Assembly: GCA_041649175.1 (NCBI GenBank)
Contig: JBAZNR010000001.1
Coordinates: forward strand, 158,934-222,933
Origin: Candidatus Omnitrophota bacterium
GTDB taxonomy: Bacteria; Omnitrophota; Gorgyraeia; Zapsychrales; JBAZNR01
Length of the DNA: 64,000 nucleotides
Direction: 5' to 3'
The translations under genes and the position numbers were made by a program. The notes beneath the pieces were generated by a model. It ran no database searches and was not told the origin of the DNA. It saw only the letters and a list, made by a program, of their open reading frames with translations. Position 1 is the stretch's first letter; every line of letters begins with the position of its first letter. Shown here in pieces: positions 8,709 to 17,969 of this stretch.

Positions 8709-10766
8709 TTACAGCTGATTTTCCTTCTTTAGGTAACGATTGCGCAATGCTTGAGCCTTGTTTCCATTACCCTTTTGTTCGTAGATCCTCACAGCGCTTT
8801 CCATAGCTGCCTTAGCATCCTTTTCTCGATCTAGCCCGTAGTAGACATTGGCTAGGTTTTCATAGCTTTCCGCGTCGTCAGGATTAAACGTAAGAGCTTT
8901 TTGAAAAATCTTTTCAGCTTCAGGTAAATTCTTCTTAAGGACGTAAACTTTTCCTAAATTATGGTAAGCCAAAGAAAAATCTGGTTTTATTTTCAATAAT
9001 TGTTCGTACTGCTTGATCCCTTCGTCATATTGCCCCATCATCCCATAAGTGCTCGCCAAACCATTATGGGCATTGAGATGATACGGATTATTCTCAATGG
9101 ATTTTTTAAATTGGTCGATCGCTTCCATATATTTTCCCTGACGCGCGTAAAGATTTCCCAGATTGCAATAAGCATCCGCATAATGCTCGTCGATAGCGAT
9201 CGCGGCTTTATATGAGAGTTCGGCTTTCTTTACGTCGTTTTTATTGTGATATAAATACCCTAAATTAAAGTAATAACTTGGATGCGGGCGGCCATCGTCT
9301 TTGTCAATGGCCTCTCGATATTTACGCATCGCCTCATCAATTTTCCCCTGCCGCTCATAAACAACGCCTAAATTATGATGAAACTGGGGATTTTTCGGGT
9401 CTAATTCAATAGCTTTTTTCACATCCCGTTCCGCGAAACTCAGATTTCCTATACGCAAATAATAATCACCGAGATTATTCGCGACACGAGCCTTGTGAGG
9501 AGATTTGCGGAATGTATCAATGAGAAGCGTTTCTTGATTAGCCCAAACATTATTCCTGAGGATCGTCAGGCCCGCAAGCCCTACGGCTATTATCAAAAGA
9601 ATGCCCGTAGCTTTCTTAAGATCGCGACACATGTTCATAACGAGGACAGGAATGAGAATGCAAAAGCCGACCATCGGCAAATAAAGACGATGCTCAAAAA
9701 TAACGTCCGAAATAGGGAAAATACTTGATTCCGGGATCAAGGTTATAAAAAACCAGAGGATCCCAAAACTATAGATCTTATTCGTTTTATAAACTTTTCC
9801 GGCAAAATAAAGCAAATAGCCCAAGATCAATAAGGAGAAAAAGGTCGGAAAGCTGAACATCCCCGGGGAGAGAGGATAATCATAATCAAAATTCTGCCGT
9901 AATGGCAAAAACAAAAGGCGGATATAAGTGATCAAGACATTGATCTGGGTGCTGAAATAAGTATACCGAGAAAACTGACTTGTTTCTTTGGTCGCGTCTA
10001 AAACTTGCGCCAAATCAATGGTTTCGTTTTTCCAGAGCAAAAGTAGCGCCGGAACCAAGACCCAAAGCACCATAAACGGCGCAATAAATTTTAACCTTTT
10101 GAATAGGTCAGAAAAAGGAGTCCTTAAAACACACAACTCCGCGATCACTAAAGCTAGAGGAAGAGTAACAATATTTGGCTTCGTCATGCTGCCTAAGATC
10201 GCACAAAGAAACGATAGAGCAAAATAAATCCTTTTTTCTTTCAAGCGCGCCAAAAGATAAAAAACAACAGAAGCCATATAAAATAAAGCAACCATCACCG
10301 TCGATCTCTGGACAATATACGTGACAGATTCCGTTTGGATAGGATGCAGCAAGAAAATCAATCCGGAGAAAAATGCCATTCTACGGGCATTAACCGCTAG
10401 ACGAGGTTCTTGCAACAAGAAAATTCCCACAAAGTGGAAAACAAGAATACTGCAGATGATATGCAAAATAAGATTTACAAGATGAAAAGAGAACACATTC
10501 AATTTACCGATAAAGAAATTGAAAGCGAACGTCAAATGCGGCAAGAAACGCGTAGGATCAAAACGCCAGACCCACTGCGGATTTTCTAAATGATGAACGG
10601 GCGGATTTTCGACGATGATCTTATAATCATCAAATTGAAAGCCGCTGTGAAGGCTGTTGCTATAGGCAAGAAATCCTACGGCGCAAAAAACAATAGCAAC
10701 CGCTATAAAAAAGCGTTTGTGGGCCGGAATGATATTTTGGATTTTCTGAAAGCTGGTTAAAAGCAT
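8709..10766 (-). CDS. TMTC/DUF1736-like GT-C membrane glycosyltransferase homolog plus TPR array (paralog C)
   Basis: 'FQFDDYKIIVENP', 'HLVNLILH', 'LHPIQTESVTYIVQRST'; C-terminal TPRs. Confidence 0.6.
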   Translation of the reverse strand: MLLTSFQKIQNIIPAHKRFFIAVAIVFCAVGFLAYSNSLHSGFQFDDYKIIVENPPVHHLENPQWVWRFDPTRFLPHLTFAFNFFIGKLNVFSFHLVNLILHIICSILVFHFVGIFLLQEPRLAVNARRMAFFSGLIFLLHPIQTESVTYIVQRSTVMVALFYMASVVFYLLARLKEKRIYFALSFLCAILGSMTKPNIVTLPLALVIAELCVLRTPFSDLFKRLKFIAPFMVLWVLVPALLLLWKNETIDLAQVLDATKETSQFSRYTYFSTQINVLITYIRLLFLPLRQNFDYDYPLSPGMFSFPTFFSLLILGYLLYFAGKVYKTNKIYSFGILWFFITLIPESSIFPISDVIFEHRLYLPMVGFCILIPVLVMNMCRDLKKATGILLIIAVGLAGLTILRNNVWANQETLLIDTFRKSPHKARVANNLGDYYLRIGNLSFAERDVKKAIELDPKNPQFHHNLGVVYERQGKIDEAMRKYREAIDKDDGRPHPSYYFNLGYLYHNKNDVKKAELSYKAAIAIDEHYADAYCNLGNLYARQGKYMEAIDQFKKSIENNPYHLNAHNGLASTYGMMGQYDEGIKQYEQLLKIKPDFSLAYHNLGKVYVLKKNLPEAEKIFQKALTFNPDDAESYENLANVYYGLDREKDAKAAMESAVRIYEQKGNGNKAQALRNRYLKKENQL

Positions 10767-10849
10767 CGCTAGGTAAGGCTAGCTTCTTTTCATTTTAAAA
10801 ATTACCGGTTTGCCGGAATACAGCAGAACGTAACGTCAAAATATGCCGT

Positions 10850-11197
10850 CTAAAAACCTTTTTTAAGTTTCACTAAATAATTCTCAAGATCTTTTATTTG
10901 GACGTTGACCTGGGTAAGCAGTTGCAAAGTGGACGCAGCATCATTATTCTTGGCCATTTGTTCTATTTGCAGAAAAATAGCGCTGATCTTCTTTGCGGAA
11001 ATATTAGCGGACGCGCCCTTCAGGGAATGCGCTAGGTCCTTGATCTGTCCGAAATCTTTTTTCTCCGCGGCCATTTTCATGGCGGATAATTTGGCCGGAC
11101 AATCTCCCAAAAAAATACCGATCAACTCCAAAAGAAGCTCCTTATCATCTTGAACCCGTTCTAGGACTTCGTTTAAATCAATGATGTCATCGCTCAT
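10850..11197 (-). CDS. Hpt (histidine phosphotransfer) domain protein
   Basis: 'DLAHSLKGASANISAKKI' is the Hpt HSLKG(S/A) motif; 4-nt ATGA overlap with the upstream hybrid kinase. Confidence 0.7.
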   Translation of the reverse strand: MSDDIIDLNEVLERVQDDKELLLELIGIFLGDCPAKLSAMKMAAEKKDFGQIKDLAHSLKGASANISAKKISAIFLQIEQMAKNNDAASTLQLLTQVNVQIKDLENYLVKLKKGF

Positions 11198-13506
11198 TTA
11201 TTTGCCTTTCGCGAAAGAATTCCTTCCACCGTCGTATAAAGTTTATTGAAATCGATCGGTTTCGCTACATATCCATCCATACCTGAGGCAAGGCATTTTT
11301 CTTCATCGCCTTCCATGGCGCGCGCCGTCATAGCAATGATAGGGATATGTTTCCCTGTTTGCTTTTCTTCTTCCCTAATCAAACGTGTCGCTTCCAAACC
11401 GTCTAAGATCGGCATCTGGACATCCATCAAGACAACATCAAATGATTCCTTATTGAGCAAATCCATAGCCTGTTGCCCGTTTTCTGCCACCTGGATCTTC
11501 CAATTCCTTTTTTCTAAAACTCTAACCGCGATTTTCTGGTTAACAGGATTATCTTCGGCCAACAGGATCTTAAGTCCGGAAAGGTCTCTTATGGATACGG
11601 CTGCGCCCGAAGATTTTTCTTCGCCCAAAACTGTTGATAAACCGATCCCGGATTCTTTAATGCCAAAATTCCCGGTAAAATAGAAAGTGCTTCCTTTCCA
11701 TTCCTCACTCTCAACCCAGATCCGGCCTTTCATCATTTCAACCAACCGCTTAGAGATCGCAAGCCCTAAGCCTGTTCCGCCAAAACGGCGTGTCGTCGAC
11801 GCATCCGCCTGAATAAAGGGTTGAAAAAGCATTTCTTGTTTATCTTTTGGAATGCCAACCCCCGTATCCGTCACGGAAAACTTTAATTGGCATTCATGCG
11901 CTGAGGAAGAAACCAATTTAACCGCAAGTTCAATTTTTCCTTTTTGCGTAAATTTGATAGCGTTGTTAATAAGATTGATGAGAATTTGCCGCAAACGAAG
12001 CGGATCTCCTTCCAAGATCTCCGGGATCTTAGAATCAATGACAGGAACCAGCTCAAGATTTTTATTTTTTGCCAAAACGGACAGCCCTTTGCAAACACTT
12101 TGAATAACATTGCGCAGATGAAAATCGATCGCCTCTAGGGTGATCTTTCCCGCTTCAACACGAGAAAGATCAAGAATATCATTCAATAAACTTAAAAGGC
12201 TGGTAGCTGCATCCCGCGCTGTCTTTAAATTATCTTTTTGCTCATCATCAAGCGAAGTATCTAACGTTAAATCGATCATGCCGATGATCGCGTTCATCGG
12301 AGTACGCACTTCATGGGACATATTCGCCAAGAAAACCGTCTTAGCACTGTTGGCCTCTTCGGCGGCCAGCTTAGCCTGCAAAAGAACTTCATGGGCTCGT
12401 TTTCGGTCAGTAATATCCTGCATGATCCCCACAGATCCGACGATATTATCATTGGAATCTTTTAAAACATTGACCGAAAGATCAATATCGATCACTTGAC
12501 CGTCTTTACGCGTTATCTTTGTTTCTAAATGATGTTTCGATCCGATCTGGCGGATATCTTCCGAACGGATCTTCTTCCATTCATCCTTAGGATATAAAGA
12601 ACTAACTGGTTTTAAGTACAGGTCTTTTTTCTTCATCCCTAAAAGATTTTCAGTAAACCTGTTCCAAGAAATAATATGCTCATTTTCATCCGTAAGCGTA
12701 ATAGCCGCCGCGGAATTATCCAAAATAACCCGGGTTTTATTTTCAGATTCTCGAAGTTTTCGTTCAGCTATTTTTTGGCTGGTGATATCGCGCATGATGC
12801 CGATAGCGCCGGTAATATTGCCTTCAATGTCTTTTAAAATAGACACCGACAGGTCAACTTCAATGATACTGCCGTCTTTTTTAACTATTTGCGTCTCAAT
12901 GCTAGATAAGATCCCTTTTTTACGGATACGAAACGCGCGGATCCTGCGCCATTCGCGCGCCGGATAAAGTTCTTTGACGGGTTTGTTGAATAAATCGGAT
13001 TTTAACATTCCCAGCATTCTTTCGGCGAAGGGATTCCAGGCAATGATCCGCTCTTCTTTATCAACAACCGTAATCGCAATAGCCGAATTATCAAAAACAA
13101 CACGGAATAATTCCTTAGATTCCAGAAGTTCGCGCTGAACTCTTTTGTGGGTGGAAATATCTTCCAAGATCCCGTCGACCCAAGCAACTTTTCCCTTTGA
13201 GTCCTTAACAGCAACCGTCGTTAAAGAACACCAGATAAAATCGCCGTCTTTTTTCTTAAGCTTGATCTCTTCATTGCGCAGGTAACCTTGGCGCTCGATC
13301 TTCTTGTTAATGAAGGTGTGCGCCTGGCTATGTTCATAGAGTTTACGTGGAGAAATTTTGAGAATTTCGTTTTGGGTATATCCGAGGATCTTCTGAAAGG
13401 CGGGATTCACAAATAAAAAATGCCCCTTGGGGCCAAGGGTTTTACGGTAGACAGCAACCTGCAAATTATCAATTAACTGCTGAAAATCAATATCGGAAAT
13501 AGGCAT
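11194..13506 (-). CDS. cytoplasmic hybrid sensor histidine kinase (3 PAS, HisKA, HATPase_c, REC)
   Basis: Three PAS-like repeats (…DITSQKIAE…, …DITDRKRAH…), 'MSHEVRTPMNAIIGM' H-box, G-boxes 'DTGVGIP…GGTGLGLAI', C-terminal REC 'ILLAEDNPVNQ…DVVLMDVQMP'. Confidence 0.85.
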   Translation of the reverse strand: MPISDIDFQQLIDNLQVAVYRKTLGPKGHFLFVNPAFQKILGYTQNEILKISPRKLYEHSQAHTFINKKIERQGYLRNEEIKLKKKDGDFIWCSLTTVAVKDSKGKVAWVDGILEDISTHKRVQRELLESKELFRVVFDNSAIAITVVDKEERIIAWNPFAERMLGMLKSDLFNKPVKELYPAREWRRIRAFRIRKKGILSSIETQIVKKDGSIIEVDLSVSILKDIEGNITGAIGIMRDITSQKIAERKLRESENKTRVILDNSAAAITLTDENEHIISWNRFTENLLGMKKKDLYLKPVSSLYPKDEWKKIRSEDIRQIGSKHHLETKITRKDGQVIDIDLSVNVLKDSNDNIVGSVGIMQDITDRKRAHEVLLQAKLAAEEANSAKTVFLANMSHEVRTPMNAIIGMIDLTLDTSLDDEQKDNLKTARDAATSLLSLLNDILDLSRVEAGKITLEAIDFHLRNVIQSVCKGLSVLAKNKNLELVPVIDSKIPEILEGDPLRLRQILINLINNAIKFTQKGKIELAVKLVSSSAHECQLKFSVTDTGVGIPKDKQEMLFQPFIQADASTTRRFGGTGLGLAISKRLVEMMKGRIWVESEEWKGSTFYFTGNFGIKESGIGLSTVLGEEKSSGAAVSIRDLSGLKILLAEDNPVNQKIAVRVLEKRNWKIQVAENGQQAMDLLNKESFDVVLMDVQMPILDGLEATRLIREEEKQTGKHIPIIAMTARAMEGDEEKCLASGMDGYVAKPIDFNKLYTTVEGILSRKANK

Positions 13507-13528
13507 AAAAAATCAAAAGCTTTCAGGG

Positions 13529-13819
13529 CTATCTTTTAAATTTCATATTTCGCGCTAGCGCCAAAAATGACATAAGGCCGACGACAACAGCCAAGCATGC
13601 CAGGCAGATTTTCATTAAAGGCATCCACCCTTTTTGTAGATCCGGTAAAGTTCCCGGATGCGTCAAATAGGCAACAGCAACCAAAACAGTAACGATCACA
13701 CAGCCGGCAATAAAGAATAAAAGAAACGAAAAAAGAAATGTTATGACAAGAACATAGAAATTATATAGAAAAAGATTGCCCTTGGCGATCTTACTGGCCG
13801 CAATTCCTATTCTTTCCAT
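13529..13819 (-). CDS. small two-TM membrane protein
   Basis: ORF track; two hydrophobic helices. Confidence 0.3.
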   Translation of the reverse strand: MERIGIAASKIAKGNLFLYNFYVLVITFLFSFLLFFIAGCVIVTVLVAVAYLTHPGTLPDLQKGWMPLMKICLACLAVVVGLMSFLALARNMKFKR

Positions 13820-13853
13820 ACGCTTATCCTGTCAGATGTTCTTGAACAAGTTA

Positions 13854-14642
13854 TTATTGGCTCAGCTTGTATTTTCCTGGCGCTTCCTTGATCCCTAATT
13901 CAGCCTGTTTGATCCGATCGCTGACAAAAGGGTGAGTGTTTAGGATCAACGGTGTTCGCGCACCTTTAGATTCTCGCTCTAATACCTCTAGAGTTTCTAT
14001 CATACCATTGAGACGAAACCCTGCCAAGTACATATATTTAATTCCAAGCAAATCAGCTTGATATTCGTCTTTTCGGCTGTAAGCGGAGGTCACTAATTGC
14101 ATGGCGATATCAGATGCGAGGGAGGCTGTTTGCCTAGATTGATCGGACATTTTAACCTGGCTGAAGATAAGAGCCCCGATCAGGTTATAGCCTAAAGCAG
14201 CCTGGAATTTTTTGATCGTGTGCCTAGCCGCGCAATGGCCGATCTCATGCGCTAAAACAGCCGCGATCTGATCATCGGTCTTTAGCTTCTCCAATAGGCC
14301 GCGAAAAAAATAAATATTTCCTCCGGGTGTTGTAAACGCGTTCAGCTCATCTTTCTCAATGAGAAAAAAATGATAGTTATAGTCTTTGCGGTCAGAAACA
14401 TCGGCAAGCTTCTTCCCTATCTCTTTGACCCTTTCAAGGTCTTTGTCAGATCCGGAAAGCTTATATTGCTGAGTAACTTCCTGGTGGATGTTTTTCCCCA
14501 TGGCGACTTCGGCATCGGTGGGAATAATGATAAATTCTCTTTGCCCGGTGGCCGGATTATATAAACCTAAAGTCGCGCATCCCGAGATGAGGAATAAAAC
14601 AAAAACGAAAAGAAAAGCACTGCGGATCCTTTGAGTTGTCAT
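13854..14642 (-). CDS. M48-family Zn metallopeptidase lipoprotein (BepA/LoiP-like)
   Basis: 'LISGCATLG' lipobox; 'AHEIGHCAARH' HExxH motif. Confidence 0.75.
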   Translation of the reverse strand: MTTQRIRSAFLFVFVLFLISGCATLGLYNPATGQREFIIIPTDAEVAMGKNIHQEVTQQYKLSGSDKDLERVKEIGKKLADVSDRKDYNYHFFLIEKDELNAFTTPGGNIYFFRGLLEKLKTDDQIAAVLAHEIGHCAARHTIKKFQAALGYNLIGALIFSQVKMSDQSRQTASLASDIAMQLVTSAYSRKDEYQADLLGIKYMYLAGFRLNGMIETLEVLERESKGARTPLILNTHPFVSDRIKQAELGIKEAPGKYKLSQ

Positions 14643-15257
14643 TTATCGTTCAAATTTTGTAATGCCCTTCCACCACGAACTACTGTCCCATGTCTTTATG
14701 GTGCGCCACAACTTCCGGGCACTTTTTGTCTTTAAAAAATCAGGGGCTTTTTTAAAGAAATTCTTCGCACCTTTGTATCCATTATCGTAATACTCTTTGG
14801 CCTGCAGCAGGCATTCTAGAATATCCGCATCGCGAGCAACCAAGCTTTCTTTTGTGGATTGCTTATCGTATTCATCGCGGATCTCCTGCATTTGATTTTT
14901 TGCTTTCTTGTTTAGGAATTCAATCTGCTCGCGGAAAACTTTCTTTTCTGCCGACTTAAAATCAATGTAATAATGCCCCATTTTATGCAGATCATTGATC
15001 CGAGCTTCGTGAATATCATTGAAAAGCGTCATCAGCGTAACGCGAAAAGGGTCGGCGCCTTCTAAGTGCGCCAGATAATACCCCATGACAGCACAACGAA
15101 AACAATGCTCGGCAACGCTTTCGGGGTCTTTGATCCCAGCCACCCACCACCCGCTTCGCTTCACCTTCTTTAAAAGGCCGGCTTCGGCGAAAAAATTAAC
15201 GGCGGACAAAATGGATGCAAAATCCTTATCGCCTCTTTTTTTGTTTTGCGATCTCAT
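14643..15257 (-). CDS. HD-domain phosphohydrolase (YfbR/HD_3-like)
   Basis: 'PESVAEHCFRCAVMGYYLAH…LFNDIHEARINDL' resembles the YfbR 'ENVSEHSLQVAM…YHDASEVLTGDL' pattern. Confidence 0.45.
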   Translation of the reverse strand: MRSQNKKRGDKDFASILSAVNFFAEAGLLKKVKRSGWWVAGIKDPESVAEHCFRCAVMGYYLAHLEGADPFRVTLMTLFNDIHEARINDLHKMGHYYIDFKSAEKKVFREQIEFLNKKAKNQMQEIRDEYDKQSTKESLVARDADILECLLQAKEYYDNGYKGAKNFFKKAPDFLKTKSARKLWRTIKTWDSSSWWKGITKFER

Positions 15258-15948
15258 AGCCTATCATTCCTGTTGCCTGAGCAACGTTCAGTGATAATTG
15301 CGGATGTGACATCGGGATCGTCACCGGCAAATCAATTTGTTTCAAGATAATGTCCCTAATCCCTTTTTGTTCCGACCCAAGAACAAGGGCCAGCGGAAAA
15401 GAAAATGAAATATCGCGCAGGTCTTTCCCTTCCTTGGTCACCGCGCCGACGATCCAGATCCCCGATTTCTTCGCTAAAGAAATGGCACTATTAAGATTAC
15501 TGACCTTGGCAACCGGAATATAGTTATCTGCTCCCGATGCCACCCGTAAAACAGCCTCAGTAATATCAACCGAATCGTGCGTAGGCAAAACGATCCCAAA
15601 GCCTCCCAAACAAGCTAAACTTCTAATAATGGCACCCAAATTCTGAGGGTCGTTCAATTCGTCCAAGAAAACGATCGATAAATTTTTTTCTTCGGCCATC
15701 CGTAAAAGCTCGTCAAAAGGCATATAAACAAAATCGTCCACTTCCGCTAAAATTCCCTGGGTGTTCAAGCTTTTGCTTAGCTTCACCATCTTTGAATGCG
15801 GGACAAAAACAACCGGAATTCCCGCCGCAAAGGCTTTTTTGCGGACATAGCTACCGTCGGGATGCCCTTCGCTGATGTGAATTTTTCGAACGCTTTTGGG
15901 ATTAGACCTTAAGCGTTCAAGGACCGGATTTTTTCCGAATAATTTCAT
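15226..15948 (-). CDS. rlmB: SpoU/TrmH-family RNA 2'-O-methyltransferase, RlmB-like
   Basis: 'GKNPVLERLRS' N-terminal substrate-binding motif; SpoU core 'LALVLGSEQKGI'. Confidence 0.7.
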   Translation of the reverse strand: MKLFGKNPVLERLRSNPKSVRKIHISEGHPDGSYVRKKAFAAGIPVVFVPHSKMVKLSKSLNTQGILAEVDDFVYMPFDELLRMAEEKNLSIVFLDELNDPQNLGAIIRSLACLGGFGIVLPTHDSVDITEAVLRVASGADNYIPVAKVSNLNSAISLAKKSGIWIVGAVTKEGKDLRDISFSFPLALVLGSEQKGIRDIILKQIDLPVTIPMSHPQLSLNVAQATGMIGYEIAKQKKRR

Positions 15949-15975
15949 TGGTTCAAATCAATATTTGGACGATGG

Positions 15976-16674
15976 TTAAAAATCATAGATATTGCCAAAA
16001 ATAGGCATGAACGTTTTCACAACAACATAAACGATCAAAGACATGGAAAATAATATAATAAAAATATCCAGAACAGATTCTGTGGTATTTTTTCGGCTGC
16101 ACAATTGAAAATACGCGCTTCTTTTTCCCAGCTTTAATTTTTCTTGGGCCGCTTTTTCAATGAGCTCTTCATCTTTAACTATGTCGCCGGTCAAGATCCT
16201 ATTAAGAATGCTGGTATATTCCTGGTTAAACTCGCACTCTTGAGCAAGATGAGTTTTTTCATCAAAAGAGGAACGGTATTTCCAATCGCACTTCGCGCAA
16301 TACTTCTGATATTCCATATGTATCATCATGGAATCCAAAAGATTGATCACAAGCCAAGGAATGCGAATAACAAAACTAAAGTTAATCGGTTGGATAAGAA
16401 ATCGCTTAAACGCCTTCCCCATTTTAAGCTGATTACGGCTAAATGAATACATGAAGGCAAATGACCGCGCCCGAAAATAACTGCCCACCAGATATTGGGC
16501 ATGGTCTTGATTAGACGCTTTTTGCGTTTTATCAATTTGCTTTTTAAAAAGAGTTTTTTCTTGGATCTTAAGCGCTTCGGACGCCTCAACCTCAAAAAGG
16601 ATCGAGTCACAATAAAGACAAGTGAGCCGTGAACCGGAATGAAACACAATGTCGCATCGATCACATTTTTTCAT
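15976..16674 (-). CDS. hypothetical protein with N-terminal CxxC…CxxC zinc ribbon and C-terminal TM helix
   Basis: 'CDRCDIVF…CLYCDS'; C-terminal hydrophobic segment. Confidence 0.3.
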   Translation of the reverse strand: MKKCDRCDIVFHSGSRLTCLYCDSILFEVEASEALKIQEKTLFKKQIDKTQKASNQDHAQYLVGSYFRARSFAFMYSFSRNQLKMGKAFKRFLIQPINFSFVIRIPWLVINLLDSMMIHMEYQKYCAKCDWKYRSSFDEKTHLAQECEFNQEYTSILNRILTGDIVKDEELIEKAAQEKLKLGKRSAYFQLCSRKNTTESVLDIFIILFSMSLIVYVVVKTFMPIFGNIYDF

Positions 16675-16681
16675 GCAAGGA

Positions 16682-17413
16682 TCACTTTCTTAGCCTGAAC
16701 CCTAAATAAAAAAGTGGACGCAAAATGCTCCACCATCCGATAACGGGTTGCATTTTCGTATATCCAAGTTTTTTCGGAGGATAAATTTTCGTCACACCAA
16801 CTTCCCTGACGCGATAACCCAATGTCACGGCTTTAAAGAAAAGATACGGTTCTAATTCGTAAGCGTTTAGCCACTCCTGCCTTAAATTGATCCGTTCATC
16901 TTTGCACAGAGCCAGACGAAAAGCGCGAAACCCGTTGGTACTGTCCGTAATTTTTTTTCCGGTAAAAAGCGAGAATAATAAAGGATGTAGCCGGGTTGCG
17001 AGTTTTCGATAAAGCGGCATGGCGCCCCCGGCGCCATTTTTCTTTTTGTAGCGGGAACCCTGAACAAAATCAAACCCTTCTTTAAAGATCGGTTCCAGCA
17101 ATTGCGGGATCTCATCCGGATTATCTTTGTCATTGCCCGCCATGATCACCAAAACATCATAGTGTTTTTCTAAAGCATAATTGATCGCCGTACGAATGGC
17201 GGCTCCAACTCCCCGGCGCTGAGGATGACGAATGGTTTTAACCCCGCGCGAAGCAAAACTTTCGATCATCTGCGTCGTTCCATCGGTCGACCCGTCATCA
17301 ACGATCAAATAATCGACTTGAGTGACGACCGGACTTCTTAAAAAACGCTCAATAACGCTTTTTAATTTTATATGTTCATTGAAGGCAACCGGAGAGACAA
17401 GGACTTTATTCAT
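16682..17413 (-). CDS. GT2 glycosyltransferase, Dpm1-like polyprenyl-phosphate sugar synthase (soluble catalytic domain only)
   Basis: 'LIVDDGSTDGT', 'FVQGSRY', 243 aa, no TM. Matches dolichol/polyprenol-phosphate mannose or glucose synthase catalytic subunits. Confidence 0.65.
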   Translation of the reverse strand: MNKVLVSPVAFNEHIKLKSVIERFLRSPVVTQVDYLIVDDGSTDGTTQMIESFASRGVKTIRHPQRRGVGAAIRTAINYALEKHYDVLVIMAGNDKDNPDEIPQLLEPIFKEGFDFVQGSRYKKKNGAGGAMPLYRKLATRLHPLLFSLFTGKKITDSTNGFRAFRLALCKDERINLRQEWLNAYELEPYLFFKAVTLGYRVREVGVTKIYPPKKLGYTKMQPVIGWWSILRPLFYLGFRLRK

Positions 17414-17969
17414 CCAACTTTAATCCCTGGGAAGTCAGTGAATAAAATAGCCCGCAGGAGCATCGCAGAGAATCATCCAATCTTTTCCCACAGCGACAGG
17501 CATAACCCTTGGGTTCGGCCGGGTGGCCGACGACGATAGCAAAGGGCGCGACATCTTTTGTCACAACGCTTCCCGCGCCGATAAAAGCATATTCACCGAT
17601 CGTAATGCCGCATAAAAGCGTAACATTCGCTCCGATGGTTGCTCCTTTTTTAACAAGTGTCTTTTCTAAAACCCAAGGGTCTTTACGATGGCTGCGCGGA
17701 TGACGATCATTAATAAAAGCTGTGTTCGCTCCGCAAAAAACATCATCTTCTAAAGTAATTCCGCTAAAGATCGAAACACCGTTTTTGATCGTAACATGAT
17801 TACCGACGATAGCCCCTTTTTCGATAAAACATCCGTCACAAATATTGCAATGCTCTCCAACAAAAGCACCGTCTTGAATATTCACAAAGGCCCACACGCG
17901 GGTTTTCTTACCGACTTTGGCTTTTTTCCCGACCAATGCTGTTTTATGTTTAAAATAATTTGCCATCAT
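17406..17969 (-). CDS. left-handed beta-helix (hexapeptide) sugar N-acetyltransferase, WbpD/WlbB-like
   Basis: Repeated [LIV]-G-x-x-x-x hexapeptides throughout; overlaps the upstream oxidoreductase. Confidence 0.65.
   Translation of the reverse strand: MMANYFKHKTALVGKKAKVGKKTRVWAFVNIQDGAFVGEHCNICDGCFIEKGAIVGNHVTIKNGVSIFSGITLEDDVFCGANTAFINDRHPRSHRKDPWVLEKTLVKKGATIGANVTLLCGITIGEYAFIGAGSVVTKDVAPFAIVVGHPAEPKGYACRCGKRLDDSLRCSCGLFYSLTSQGLKLDE

Noticed and set aside
14643-15257. Calling the HD-domain protein an inactive HD variant (ND instead of HD)
   Set aside because: The apparent H-to-N substitution depends on an unverified manual alignment to YfbR, so I do not claim it.
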